A stretch of DNA of 64,000 bases from Bacteroidota bacterium (GCA_016124755.1 WGNA01000005.1:178684-242683), one strand, 5' to 3'; positions 49,382-60,020 are shown, counted from the stretch's first letter. Made by a program: numbers and translations. Notes: generated by a model from the sequence alone, not told the origin.

Positions 49382-50864
49382 AAAAATACTATCCCTGATT
49401 GCATTTTCATTGCTTTCGGGATTTTCAATTATGGCGCAGGATTGTTCCTGGGTTTACTTTAATAAAAACGTTACCGATTCGGTGAAATCCGAAATTCTTT
49501 CCTCGGCAAACGTGGAAGTTATAGGCTATTCCAAATGGCTAAACGCAGCCTGTGTTAATGGATGTCCGAAAAATCTGGAAATCCTGAGTGATGTTGAATC
49601 GGTAAAACCGCTGGGCAAATACAAAATCAGTCGTGAATCTGTGCAGGAGACACAGGAAGATTTTAACTACGGCTATAGCGACTGGCAACTAAAAATGATT
49701 GGTTTGGATGAATATCACAAGCGCGGATTTACCGGGAAAGGCGTAACCATTGGTTTATTTGATGCGGGATTTTTCAGAGTGGATAGTCTTCCAGCCTTTG
49801 ATACATTGCGCAAACGCGGACAAATTCTGGCCGAATGGGATTTTCATTACAACGATACCAATGTTTATGTCCAGGATGGCCATGGCATGTACGTTCTCTC
49901 GATTTGCGGTGGTTATTGGCCGGATTCGATAATGGGTGCCGCACCGGATGCGAACTTTCTGCTTGCCCGAACCGAAATGGCCGGTCGGGAAATTCATTAC
50001 GAAGAATACGCGTGGTTAAAGGCCCTTGAGTGGGCCGACAGTATTGGCGTGGATATAATTCACTCTTCTTTAGGCTATAGTGTTTTTGACACGCTTGAAG
50101 GTGATTATTCTTATATGGACATGGATGGTGAAACTACGGTAATAACAAAAGGAACCGACGAAGCCTGGAACCGTGGAATCTTTGTTACCAATAGCGCTGG
50201 AAATGAGGGATCCAATTCGTGGCATTACATTACTGCCCCCTGCGATGGGAAACACGTTTTGTGCGTTGGTGCTGTGGATTCAAATCAGATGCATGCCGGT
50301 TTTTCATCATACGGTCCTACCTACGACGGAAGAATAAAACCGGAAGTTGTGGCAATGGGACAGGGAGTCACGTATGTTAATAAAGAAGGTCAGATAAAAA
50401 CCGGTTCGGGTACATCCTTCTCCGGACCAATAATCGCGGGAATGGTTGCGTGTCTCAAACAAGCCTGGCCGGAAGCAACCAACCAACAGATCTTTAATGC
50501 CATTATCCGAAGTGCAGACCGGTACGAAAATCCGGATACGGCCTATGGTTACGGTTTACCTAATGTGCTGGTTGCCGATTCACTCCTGAAAGAATATTCC
50601 GTTGCTATCCGGGATTTTAAGTTTAATCATGGAATAAAATTATTTCCGAATCCAGGGAATGGTCAGATACGTTTTACAGGTATTAATGAAGGATTTCGCT
50701 ATACAGTTTTTGATGTGAAAGGAAGAGTTGTGCAGGAAAATTCCCGGATTGCCAATGACGAAAATGAAATTGATTTCTCGGAATTGGGTACCGGAATGTA
50801 CTATGTAGAATTAGTTACAGACACCGGAATTACAGCCAGAATGCGCTACCTGAAGACGGAATAA
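49374..50864 (+). CDS. S8 subtilisin-family serine peptidase with a T9SS C-terminal sorting domain
   Basis: Signal peptide is present. The catalytic triad sits in D (GVTIGLFDAGF), H (DGHGMY) and S (GTSFSGPIIAGMVA). The C-terminus KLFPNPGNGQIRFTGI...GMYYVELV is a T9SS CTD. Confidence 0.85.
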   Translation: MIRKILSLIAFSLLSGFSIMAQDCSWVYFNKNVTDSVKSEILSSANVEVIGYSKWLNAACVNGCPKNLEILSDVESVKPLGKYKISRESVQETQEDFNYGYSDWQLKMIGLDEYHKRGFTGKGVTIGLFDAGFFRVDSLPAFDTLRKRGQILAEWDFHYNDTNVYVQDGHGMYVLSICGGYWPDSIMGAAPDANFLLARTEMAGREIHYEEYAWLKALEWADSIGVDIIHSSLGYSVFDTLEGDYSYMDMDGETTVITKGTDEAWNRGIFVTNSAGNEGSNSWHYITAPCDGKHVLCVGAVDSNQMHAGFSSYGPTYDGRIKPEVVAMGQGVTYVNKEGQIKTGSGTSFSGPIIAGMVACLKQAWPEATNQQIFNAIIRSADRYENPDTAYGYGLPNVLVADSLLKEYSVAIRDFKFNHGIKLFPNPGNGQIRFTGINEGFRYTVFDVKGRVVQENSRIANDENEIDFSELGTGMYYVELVTDTGITARMRYLKTE

Positions 50865-50983
50865 TTGACTGGTTTTAAGGCCCTGATATTTTTTTTATTT
50901 TGGTGTTGTGGCGTATATCAGAATATCTATCTTTGCCCACCTCAAAAGCACCTGTGAAAAGGTTGTGGTTGAGAGTCCATAAT

Positions 50984-51056
<73 letters not shown>

Positions 51057-51135
51057 CAGAAAGAGAGGGACAATGTCCCTTTTTTTATGTGAGGAATTTC
51101 AGAGTTTGTTTACAGGCTTTGTAATTTTGAGCAAC

Positions 51136-51220
51136 GCCCTGGTGGTGGAATCGGTAGACACGCAGGACTTAAAATCCTGTGACCATTGCGGTCGTGCGGG
51201 TTCAAGTCCCGCCCGGGGTA
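51136..51220 (+). tRNA. tRNA-Leu (anticodon TAA), class II with a long variable arm
   Basis: It has D-arm GTGGAATCGGTAGACAC, anticodon loop CTTAAAA, a long variable arm and T-arm GCGGGTTCAAGTCCCGC. Confidence 0.85.
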
Positions 51221-51329
51221 CTTTAACCAAACTTAACCTTCTTTAATTTAACTTTTCCGATTTCTAAGATTCATCTCAGGCTATTCATCGGTAATTCGTT
51301 TATTTTACGATCCATCATTACTCAGTGTT

Positions 51330-53147
51330 ATGGACAAACTGGATCACAACGAACAACCCAACAGCAATCATCACCTGTTGGATTCGCTTACCCACTTAAA
51401 CTTTAGAGGCCTTACTTCGAAAAAAGAATCAACCGACGACTTGCCTATGCAGGTTTCTTTAGTGATTCATTCAAAGTGTAAAGACGAAGATATTCCGGAT
51501 GAAACGGATTTTTATACCGATCCTTTCAATTACAAACACGGCAAGCGAGAGCATCTAAATAAGCAATATCAGTCGGATCAGGCAGCCGTTGATAAAGTTA
51601 TTAAATATGTTCAATCCAAAGGTTTTTCAGTAATCGAATCCAGCCCGGAAGAACAATTAATTGTGATTGAAGGAAAAAGATCTTTAATGAATAAATTCTT
51701 TAAGGTCGAAGTTCAACACTTTCATTTCGGCTCACAAAAAATTACCGGACATCAGGGTAATTATTCTATCCCTTCCGCCATCAACAATGAAGTAAGGAGT
51801 GTGATCGGATTGTCTAAAATGCCCATTACCCGAAATACAGCGGCCAACTCTGGTTCATCAGGAGCGGATCAGTCTGTTCCCAAACCGACAGTAATCAATG
51901 GGATAAACGGATACACCGGAGCCGACTTCGCCAAATTCTACAACTTTCCAACGGAGTACAACGGAGCCGGCGAATGTATCGGGATAATTGCATTGGGCGG
52001 CGGATATCGTAAAGATGAGATGACTCAATACTTTAAAGACAATAACATCTCGCCTATGCCGGAAATAATTGATGTGGAAGTGGGAGCTAAAAATTCACCG
52101 GGTGAACAAGGCGGAGAAGATTTTTTAGATGTAGAGGTTTGTTTAGATATTCAGGTTGCCGCAGCGGCAGCACCCGGTGCCAAAATCGCAGTTTATTTTG
52201 CAGAACCCACCGATTATGGTTTGTTACGCGCCATCATTCGTTCTGTTCACGACGGAAAAAACAAACCATCCGTTGTTTCGGTAAGCCTCGGGAATTACGA
52301 AAGTCATTATTCCCAAAATATGCTGATCGAATACAACCGGGCATTTCGTTGTGCGGCTCATTACGGAATGACGATACTTTGTTCGGCGGGAAATTTTGGG
52401 GCTACGAACTACAATATGAATTCAACTCTAAAGGAACTTTCTCAATTGGGTCTGAATGTTCAATACCCCGCTTCCAGTCCGTATGTTTTATGTGTTGGCG
52501 GTACATCTGTAACTATCGATAGCGGAAAAATAACCAAAGAAAAAATCTGGAATTCTCCATACGAGTTCGACAATCCCTATACGAATGAGATCGAAAAAAT
52601 TCCCTTCGGCACCATGTCAACCGGCGGAGGTTTCAGCACATTATTTAAGATCTCCCAACAGATGATGAAACTGATTCGTGAGAGCAATGATTCACTTTGG
52701 CCCGAGTACCGGGGCATTCCGGATGTTTCAGCGAATGCCGATCCGAGCCAGAATGGATATCTTGTTTATTGCGACGGCGCTAAATTTATCACCGGCGGAA
52801 CAAGTGCAGCAACTCCCCTCTGGGCAGCATTAACGGCCAGAATATTTCAGGCTTTGGAACGAAGATTCTTCATGACTCCGATTTTATATCTGCTTCGAAA
52901 AATTTCAATCAACCATCCAGAATTTCAATTTAAAGGACTCAACCCGATTTCTGAAGGTGATAATATCGTTTCCAATGAAATGGTGCTCATGGGATATCGC
53001 GCGAAACAAAACGACTGGAGTCCGTGTGGCGGATTGGGTTCGCCCAACGGTTCAGAACTTTTAGACGAACTGCGAAAACTCCCGGATCTCATTGCCAACT
53101 TCGGTCAAAAACTAAAAGCAGCCGAAACCGAAGACGATGCCGATTGA
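51330..53147 (+). CDS. S53 sedolisin/kumamolisin-family serine-carboxyl peptidase with an N-terminal pro-domain and no detectable signal peptide
   Basis: The N-terminal ~170 aa is a pro-kumamolisin-like activation domain. The catalytic Ser sits in GGTSAATPLWAAL, the Glu region is EDFLDVEVCLDIQ and the oxyanion segment reads SAGNFG (N where sedolisins usually have D). The N-terminus MDKLDHNEQPNSNHH... is not hydrophobic. Confidence 0.75.
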   Translation: MDKLDHNEQPNSNHHLLDSLTHLNFRGLTSKKESTDDLPMQVSLVIHSKCKDEDIPDETDFYTDPFNYKHGKREHLNKQYQSDQAAVDKVIKYVQSKGFSVIESSPEEQLIVIEGKRSLMNKFFKVEVQHFHFGSQKITGHQGNYSIPSAINNEVRSVIGLSKMPITRNTAANSGSSGADQSVPKPTVINGINGYTGADFAKFYNFPTEYNGAGECIGIIALGGGYRKDEMTQYFKDNNISPMPEIIDVEVGAKNSPGEQGGEDFLDVEVCLDIQVAAAAAPGAKIAVYFAEPTDYGLLRAIIRSVHDGKNKPSVVSVSLGNYESHYSQNMLIEYNRAFRCAAHYGMTILCSAGNFGATNYNMNSTLKELSQLGLNVQYPASSPYVLCVGGTSVTIDSGKITKEKIWNSPYEFDNPYTNEIEKIPFGTMSTGGGFSTLFKISQQMMKLIRESNDSLWPEYRGIPDVSANADPSQNGYLVYCDGAKFITGGTSAATPLWAALTARIFQALERRFFMTPILYLLRKISINHPEFQFKGLNPISEGDNIVSNEMVLMGYRAKQNDWSPCGGLGSPNGSELLDELRKLPDLIANFGQKLKAAETEDDAD

Positions 53148-54094
53148 AACCTTTCGCAGGTGTATATAATGAAGATTCCCGATTGTTTGATGCCGCAAAC
53201 AAACCGGCATTAAACCAATTTATCGACTCGGTTCCGCAGGTCGGTCTTTCCTGCATTGAGTTGCGACTTTCTGAAGAAGACTGGCAAATCGACTATCAGA
53301 TTTGTCCTTTTTTAAACCTTCCGGAATTTGTTCTCGTATTGAATTATCTAACCGAAAAATCACGACAATCAGAACATAAAACTTCGTGGCGCGATTTGCG
53401 GGATTACTGCAACCGGTTATACGAACATCATGGTTTCCGGTCTGGAGCCATCCCGAATATCTGGCTCGTCTACGATAATATTAAAAGAGGCAATGAAGAT
53501 ATCGTTCCCTGGATTTATACCGGTTTACCCGACAATCCGATCACCAATCAGTTGAATTTTGAAATTCTCAAAAGTGCCTCATCTCGTTACCCGATTCCCC
53601 TAACACCTGCCGCTTTAGAATTAACAGAGAAACTCAACCGGCTCATTCCTCCGGACGCGTATATCTGTGCTTTCGGTCACGCTTATAACCGGGGAAGCGA
53701 CCATCTCAGAATTGCCGTTAAGTTTAGTTCACTTACCGAAGCACTATCATTATTGAGGCAGATGGGATGGCCCGGGGAAATTGAAATGTTGGAAGAAACG
53801 CTGCGAAAATTCTTTACGGATTCTGAGCAGATCAGTCTGGCGATGGACCTTGGCGATCAACTTCAACCGGTTATCGGAATTGAAAAATTTGTCGGGAGAT
53901 CGAATTCGGATTGGCCTTTACTATTAACACATCTTCCAACTTACATTTCCGAAAATAAATGGTACAACCTGAAAAAGTATGTCGATTCCAATTTGGATCA
54001 TTTGTGGCTTAACCATATCAAATTTGTTTTCTCCGAGAAAAAATTAGAACAGGTAAAAGGCTATTTATTCTGTGATTCCAACTCTTCAACCTGA
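53024..54094 (+). CDS. uncharacterized protein (~330 aa); start uncertain
   Basis: The open frame begins at a GTG 124 nt inside the sedolisin gene. There is no in-frame ATG near the junction, though a TTG lies at 53183. I recognise no motif. Confidence 0.4.
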   Translation: MWRIGFAQRFRTFRRTAKTPGSHCQLRSKTKSSRNRRRCRLKPFAGVYNEDSRLFDAANKPALNQFIDSVPQVGLSCIELRLSEEDWQIDYQICPFLNLPEFVLVLNYLTEKSRQSEHKTSWRDLRDYCNRLYEHHGFRSGAIPNIWLVYDNIKRGNEDIVPWIYTGLPDNPITNQLNFEILKSASSRYPIPLTPAALELTEKLNRLIPPDAYICAFGHAYNRGSDHLRIAVKFSSLTEALSLLRQMGWPGEIEMLEETLRKFFTDSEQISLAMDLGDQLQPVIGIEKFVGRSNSDWPLLLTHLPTYISENKWYNLKKYVDSNLDHLWLNHIKFVFSEKKLEQVKGYLFCDSNSST

Positions 54095-56157
54095 TCAAAC
54101 CACTTCAGAAAAATCCGCTTCTGATTATCGGATAATTCGCGGGTTGAAGGCATATACGAGGATGAAGCCCAATTCTCATCGCTCATCAATTCCTTAATAA
54201 AATGTCTTGCACGGATAAATGCCTTTTCATGGAAAGGAGAAATTTTGCCAGACACAGGATATATGAGGTCATACAATTTAAAGAGTTCCTCATAAACCAA
54301 ATCAAAATTCACCTGTTCACGGTATTCCGGGTTTTGCGGATCCAGATATTTCTCAAATCGCCTATTGGGCAGAATACGAAGACTAATGAAAAAACCAGTT
54401 CGGGTGATGGCTTTGTACATACTCGACAAATCCGGTAGCTCCATTCCGTCTGCAAATAGATAAACCGAATTGGATGTTTTGTGAAGCGGAATAATCAATT
54501 GCTGCCCATCAAAAAACATATTGTCTTTACATAGCTCAACCAACTGAACCGACTCGCCGGTAACATCCACTTTGTGATGCAGAACGGTAAGCGCAACCGG
54601 ATTTATTACGGGATTTCCTCTTTCAAAAATCCGCAACCTACACGCTTCTTTAGGGTATTGATAACTAATGTAACCCAACGCCGGATCGTCTCCTTCATTA
54701 GCATACAAACCGTTTTCATCACTGGTTATCAGGTAGCGGCTTTCTCTCGCGAGAATTGCTTTTATCCCATTTTCATGTTCGGCAGTTCGAGCTATTCCTT
54801 TTAACAGAATTTCCGCTTCACCGATAAAACCATCCGGTAAGTGTTCACATGAAAAATCACGAATTCCTCCGGTTTCCAAAAAGGTTTTTCTGCCCGGATC
54901 CGATTCTGAAAAATTCACACTTCCGATCTGAATTTCCGCATCACCCTTTGCTGCAAATAACCTGAGTTCTCCCAAATCGTAAAGTGCGTATTGTTGCGGG
55001 AAATGGATCGGTTCTTTTCCAGATTGGGGCACATCCAGATTTACTTCCGGAACATTACCGATGAGATCGATCGACAGAATTTTGGTCTCCTTATTAAAGG
55101 AACAAAGAATCGGAAAAAGCTTGCGATACCCCAGAAAGGGAACTTCGCCAAGTAACTGTCTGCCGATAGAGAAAGACTTTAAATCCCCATCAAACCAGGG
55201 AGAAATACTACCGGCAACCGTGCATCTCGCAGGATTCGAAACTTCACCTGTTTGTTCATAATCCGGTTCCCAGTTTTCTACCACTTCCAAAAGAGAATAC
55301 CGGAATAAAAGACCTTTCAGTTTACCTCGTCCGAGTGAAGATTCCGGCAACAACGCACGAAAGTCTGCGGTCATTTCGGTTTCAGAAAGTTCCATCGCCG
55401 AGTACACCACTCCCGAAGCTGCGCAAATACTATTTTGATTCACGATCCGGAAAGGATTCATCGTGCGAACGGTTCCTTTATACGGCTTACCACTGAACCA
55501 ACTTTTTGTTGAAGAACTCAAACTCAGTTCATCACAGAACACCTGAGAATGAACAGACATCGAAGGACACACGTCGATCATTACGCCGGTGCGGGTGTTG
55601 AACCGGTCGTTCATGGAAAGTTCCGCTCCTATCAACGACCGGCAGATCCAGTTATCCGAATGAATATCATGATTAACTTTCCCCGATTCTTTACTGAAAG
55701 TGTCAACGCTTGTAACCCGAACGTTTTCGAAACCGAAAGTCATTTTGCCATGGTAGTTCCAATACCCCGGACATTTGTCGATCAAATTTTTACCGGTGCC
55801 GGGAACCCGTATTAAAGCATAGAGTTTATGAAATGGTTGGTCAACAGAATGTTTCCCCAGCGGGGTCTGGCACCATTGATTGAAAATCTCTACGGAACAA
55901 ACCGAATTAATTTCGATATAAGCATTACCCGCCGGATCGTTGAGAACAGCAAATGGTTTAATAGCTTTTTCAAAATCTTCTGTTGTAGTAGTCTTCGCTC
56001 TGAACTTTGGGTGAATGAAAAGTCGGGGAGGCAAAAAAGCCATACTATTCACCGGATCATAAATGACCAGTGGAAGGAAATAATTGTTGTTGGCAGTTGC
56101 CGGATCTATAAAAGCGTGACCGTAAAAATTGATTCTTGGAAAATCGAATTGACTCAT
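54061..56157 (-). CDS. uncharacterized 698-aa cytoplasmic protein co-transcribed downstream of the 7TM-DISM cyclase
   Basis: A 3-bp gap separates it from the cyclase stop on the same strand. It has no signal peptide or transmembrane segment and I recognise no family motif. Confidence 0.5.
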   Translation of the reverse strand: MSQFDFPRINFYGHAFIDPATANNNYFLPLVIYDPVNSMAFLPPRLFIHPKFRAKTTTTEDFEKAIKPFAVLNDPAGNAYIEINSVCSVEIFNQWCQTPLGKHSVDQPFHKLYALIRVPGTGKNLIDKCPGYWNYHGKMTFGFENVRVTSVDTFSKESGKVNHDIHSDNWICRSLIGAELSMNDRFNTRTGVMIDVCPSMSVHSQVFCDELSLSSSTKSWFSGKPYKGTVRTMNPFRIVNQNSICAASGVVYSAMELSETEMTADFRALLPESSLGRGKLKGLLFRYSLLEVVENWEPDYEQTGEVSNPARCTVAGSISPWFDGDLKSFSIGRQLLGEVPFLGYRKLFPILCSFNKETKILSIDLIGNVPEVNLDVPQSGKEPIHFPQQYALYDLGELRLFAAKGDAEIQIGSVNFSESDPGRKTFLETGGIRDFSCEHLPDGFIGEAEILLKGIARTAEHENGIKAILARESRYLITSDENGLYANEGDDPALGYISYQYPKEACRLRIFERGNPVINPVALTVLHHKVDVTGESVQLVELCKDNMFFDGQQLIIPLHKTSNSVYLFADGMELPDLSSMYKAITRTGFFISLRILPNRRFEKYLDPQNPEYREQVNFDLVYEELFKLYDLIYPVSGKISPFHEKAFIRARHFIKELMSDENWASSSYMPSTRELSDNQKRIFLKWFDQVEELESQNK

Positions 56158-56159
56158 AT

Positions 56160-58157
56160 CTATCCGGTGAATGCATCCACGAAGTGCATTCCGATCTCGC
56201 CTTTATTTTTAACCACAACTCCGCCTCTTGGAGTTCCACTAAAATGATCTTTGATAAGATCCCAGGTAAATTCAGAAACATTTACCCTTCCCGGTTCGCA
56301 GCTTGATTCCATGCGGCTGGCAATGTTCACTGTATCGCCCCAGATGTCGTAGGCAAATTTTCGTTTGCCAACCACACCTGCGATCAGAGGTCCGGTGTGA
56401 ATACCAATTCTGAGTTCCCAGGGCATTTCCCCTTTTTGCTTTTTGTGTTCGTTCCAGCCTTTCACAAATTCCTGAATTTCTAGTCCGGCTTTAACTATTT
56501 CGACCTGACTCTTTTCGTCGGGTTCCGGAATTCCACCGGCGCACATATACGCGTCGCCGATTGTTTTAATTTTTTCAAGGTTATGACGAACGATAATTTC
56601 ATCAAATGCCTGAAAGAATTCATCAAGCTGAATTACCAGTTCGGCCGGAGATAATTTCTCAGCGATTTTCGTAAAGCTCAGGATATCGGTGAATAAAACA
56701 GATGCCTGATCGTAGTAAAGCGGTGTCGCTTTTCCTTTTTGCATCAGTTCTTCTGCGGTCTTTTTGGGAAGAATATTGAGCAGTAATTCTTCCGATTTTT
56801 TCATCTCCTTTTCTATCTCGTCTTTTTGTTCTTCGATCTGATCTTTCTGTTTGTTGATTTCTAATGTTCGTTCCGCCACCTTTTGTTCAAGCTCGCGATT
56901 AACCTTAGTTTGAAGTGCCTCGTTTTCCTTGAGTTGATCAATAATGAGTTGTTGCTTGTCTAAGTTTTCCTTTCGAAGAATATTGATTTTATCAGCAAGA
57001 GCGAGAGAGAAGAACACCATCTGAATTGCAAGTCCGATCGGCATGGAATAATTAAAAGTAAAAGGGGTCTTCGGTATTTTACCCAAAATCGCCAGGGTTG
57101 CGATAAACAATCCGACCAGAAAGAAAGTGTAACCGATTACGAAATAGTTCGCCGAAGGATACTTGGCCCGGGCGCTTTGAATACCAACAATGAGAGAGGT
57201 TATAAAACCAATCATTCCCAGTGATCCGATCAACTGAAGCGTAATATCATACGCGATAAAATTGGTGATGATCAAACAAGCTAAGAGGATATTGAGAATG
57301 TTAAAGAATTTATTCCACCTTGGATATCGCTCTTTAACATTGAGAAATTTTTGAGTGAACCAAATCCCTGAAATCGCAAGTACCGGAGATAAAGTATGTT
57401 TAATATAAACACATAAGATATCCGGAAACCCGGGAATAAACCGGAGAAAAGAAACCAGAAATCCACTGTTGTAAAATGCTGCGTAAATCATAATTAACAG
57501 CATAAAAAGGTAATACACATAAACCCTGTCGCGGGTTGAATAAAACACAAAAAGGTTATAAAAGAACATGATGAGATAAACCGCGATAAATACGCTCGTC
57601 CATTGTAATTCATGCCAGTTTACCGTATCGAGATTCTCCTTAGATGAAACCGTAAAATTGAGATTAGCCGGTTTTTTCTCATTGTTAAAAGTGTATTCAA
57701 GTCGGGCGAGATATTCTTTTGATTCGTTCTCCTGTAGTGTAATCAGAATGAGACTCTTGTTGGCGAACGGATAGTCACGATCGTTGTAATCCATACGGTG
57801 ACCGGTTTCTTTCACCGATGAGGCTCCGTCTTTATTTTGAATTAATTTTACATACGACCAGTTCTCAAAATTCAGAAGATAACGGCAATCAAACGGCTCA
57901 TTATTCGTAAGCGTAAATTTCACCCAGTAAACACTCGGATTCTGAATTAAACCAAAAGTTTCGGGATCGTATTTCTGAAATCCCGATTCGGGCAAATTCT
58001 GATCACTGTATTGCCGCGAACTATCCTGCAGAAATTCAATCCGGCTGATTGGCAAATCATCTGAAGTACGGCTTATTTCATTGGTTTGGGCTTGGTTTCC
58101 TTTGATCTGCATCGCCAAAACAATGGTGAACAACAGGGGAAGGAGAACTCGTTTCAT
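56160..58157 (-). CDS. 7TM-DISM receptor (7TMR-DISMED2 extracellular domain + 7TM) fused to a class III adenylate/guanylate cyclase
   Basis: Start moved to the ATG that gives signal peptide MKRVLLPLLFTIVLAMQ. It has a ~180-aa extracellular domain, 7 transmembrane helices and a coiled coil. The CYC domain contains FTDILSFTKIAE...KIKTIGDAYMCAGGIPEP...NIASRMESS. Confidence 0.8.
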   Translation of the reverse strand: MKRVLLPLLFTIVLAMQIKGNQAQTNEISRTSDDLPISRIEFLQDSSRQYSDQNLPESGFQKYDPETFGLIQNPSVYWVKFTLTNNEPFDCRYLLNFENWSYVKLIQNKDGASSVKETGHRMDYNDRDYPFANKSLILITLQENESKEYLARLEYTFNNEKKPANLNFTVSSKENLDTVNWHELQWTSVFIAVYLIMFFYNLFVFYSTRDRVYVYYLFMLLIMIYAAFYNSGFLVSFLRFIPGFPDILCVYIKHTLSPVLAISGIWFTQKFLNVKERYPRWNKFFNILNILLACLIITNFIAYDITLQLIGSLGMIGFITSLIVGIQSARAKYPSANYFVIGYTFFLVGLFIATLAILGKIPKTPFTFNYSMPIGLAIQMVFFSLALADKINILRKENLDKQQLIIDQLKENEALQTKVNRELEQKVAERTLEINKQKDQIEEQKDEIEKEMKKSEELLLNILPKKTAEELMQKGKATPLYYDQASVLFTDILSFTKIAEKLSPAELVIQLDEFFQAFDEIIVRHNLEKIKTIGDAYMCAGGIPEPDEKSQVEIVKAGLEIQEFVKGWNEHKKQKGEMPWELRIGIHTGPLIAGVVGKRKFAYDIWGDTVNIASRMESSCEPGRVNVSEFTWDLIKDHFSGTPRGGVVVKNKGEIGMHFVDAFTG

Positions 58158-58269
58158 TGATGCAAAATAGGTATTCAAATTATATCCTCGCTTAATTATC
58201 GAGACAAAAGTGTGACACAAGACATTATTTATATATATTCCGCCTTCATTTGAAATTAAGCAACAGAAA

Positions 58270-58527
58270 ATGTCCAAGAAATTATCAGAAGTATTGCCAG
58301 CAGAAGATGCGGCGCTTCTAACCGATGCCGCAAGAAATCTCAACGAAGACGACCTCGCTCACATCATGAGCAAAAGAGGCAGTGCACATCACAACCTGAG
58401 CAAAGACGACATTAATTCATTGACAGCACTTGCCGTTAAACGAATCAACAATGGCCAGTCTATGTTTGGTTACGATCACATGAATGTTGCGGTAACCAAC
58501 GACGAAGGGCCTGATCACAACTGGTAA
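58270..58527 (+). CDS. small hydrophilic 85-aa protein of unknown function
   Basis: It stands alone in clean intergenic DNA and is acidic/His-rich (GSAHHNLSKDD...GYDHMNVAVTNDEGPDHNW). It has no Cys and no signal peptide. Confidence 0.4.
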   Translation: MSKKLSEVLPAEDAALLTDAARNLNEDDLAHIMSKRGSAHHNLSKDDINSLTALAVKRINNGQSMFGYDHMNVAVTNDEGPDHNW

Positions 58528-58621
58528 GTCGATCTACTTCGGATATTAAATTACTGCTCTTCATTCAGAGGTTCGCTTCTCTGTTATGAAGTTTATTGTT
58601 TAAATCTTATCCCCGATAAAA

Positions 58622-59248
58622 ATGACCATAACCCGCTTTTTATGGTTGAGTGCGATTTTAATAATTATCACTTTCGTGCTTTGGGGTGAAAGCCTTGAAC
58701 ATTCGTTTGAAATCTGGTTAAGCCGGAACCGGGATGAGCCGGGCATGTTTTCTTTTGTCTCCTTTCTCGTGTTGGTTTCAGACATTTTTTTACCAGTTCC
58801 ATCCAGTGTTGTAATGTTTCTGAATGGAAATGTTCTTGGATTTTACAAAGGGTTTGCGCTATCTCTCAGTTCCTGCATGATTGGCTCGCTGGTGGGGTAT
58901 TATTTCGGAAAATTATTTAATCCGGACCTTTCCAGTTCCTCAAATCAAAAGGCAAAAAAAATTATTCACCGGTATGGTGATTACATAGTTCTGATCACCC
59001 GGGGAATTCCGATTATTTCGGAAAGTGTTTGTGTGGTATCTGGGTATGCAAGGGTTCCGGCACCCCGTTTCTTCGCATTGAGTTTTCTGGGATATTTACC
59101 GGTTTGTGCTTTATACGCATGGTTCGGAAATCTCTCACAAGACAAAAATGTATTTCTGATTTCTTTTTTAATCAGTGTTTTGTTTGCCGGAATATTAATG
59201 TTGGCGGGAAGAGGATTGAACCGGAAAGAGCAATCAGATCGAAGCTGA
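58622..59248 (+). CDS. DedA/SNARE-associated (VTT domain) membrane protein
   Basis: The DedA core pattern is present: FLPVPSSVVMFLNG...GYYFGK...ITRGIPIISESVCVVSGYARVP. Confidence 0.75.
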   Translation: MTITRFLWLSAILIIITFVLWGESLEHSFEIWLSRNRDEPGMFSFVSFLVLVSDIFLPVPSSVVMFLNGNVLGFYKGFALSLSSCMIGSLVGYYFGKLFNPDLSSSSNQKAKKIIHRYGDYIVLITRGIPIISESVCVVSGYARVPAPRFFALSFLGYLPVCALYAWFGNLSQDKNVFLISFLISVLFAGILMLAGRGLNRKEQSDRS

Positions 59249-59255
59249 TTTCTGT

Positions 59256-60020
59256 TCAGGATTTCTTGGCCTTTTCCCAGATCGCATCCATTTCTTCAAG
59301 CGTCATCGACTGTAGTGCAATTCCCTGCTGCTTGGCGAAAGATTCAATAGCTTCAAATCTTCTGCGAAATTTTTTGTTTGTGGCTTCGAGTGCATCGTCG
59401 GGATTGATGTTGTTCCATCGGGCGTAATTCACCAACGAAAAAAGAAGATCCCCGAATTCGTTCTGCTGCTCCTGCCCTTGCGCCTCTTTGAATTCATTCA
59501 GTTCTTCTTCAACTTTATCCCACACATCTGATTTAGCCGGCCAATCGAAACCGACCTGCGCTGCCTTTTCCTGCATCCTCATCGACTTCACAAGACTCGG
59601 CATAGAATTCGGAACACCCGAAAGCACCGATTTTTTCCCTTTACTTTCTGCTTGCTTGATTTGTTCCCAGTTGCGTTTTACGGCATCAGGATTTTCGGCG
59701 ATCACATCTCCGTATATATGCGGATGCCTCCGAATGAGTTTTTCACAGATGCCGTTGAGTACATCTGAAATATCAAAGTGGTTGGTTTCACTTGCGATTT
59801 TAGAATAGAAAACTAAGTGAAGGGCGAGATCTCCCAGTTCCTTTTTTATCTCCTCCATATCTTCATTGAGAATGGCGTCTGAGAGTTCATAGGTTTCCTC
59901 AATTGTGAGGTGACGAATAGATTCTATTGTTTGTTCGCGATCCCACGGACATTTGGCCCGCAAGTCGTCCATGATGTTCAGCAGGCGCTCAAAAGCCGCC
60001 AGCCGCGGATCGTTTTGCAT
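59256..60020 (-). CDS. mazG: nucleoside triphosphate pyrophosphohydrolase MazG
   Basis: It has tandem MazG domains: LRAKCPWDREQTIESIRHLTIEETYELSDAI...ELGDLALHLVFYS and a second EELNEF...EFGDLLFSLVNYAR. Confidence 0.85.
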   Translation of the reverse strand: MQNDPRLAAFERLLNIMDDLRAKCPWDREQTIESIRHLTIEETYELSDAILNEDMEEIKKELGDLALHLVFYSKIASETNHFDISDVLNGICEKLIRRHPHIYGDVIAENPDAVKRNWEQIKQAESKGKKSVLSGVPNSMPSLVKSMRMQEKAAQVGFDWPAKSDVWDKVEEELNEFKEAQGQEQQNEFGDLLFSLVNYARWNNINPDDALEATNKKFRRRFEAIESFAKQQGIALQSMTLEEMDAIWEKAKKS

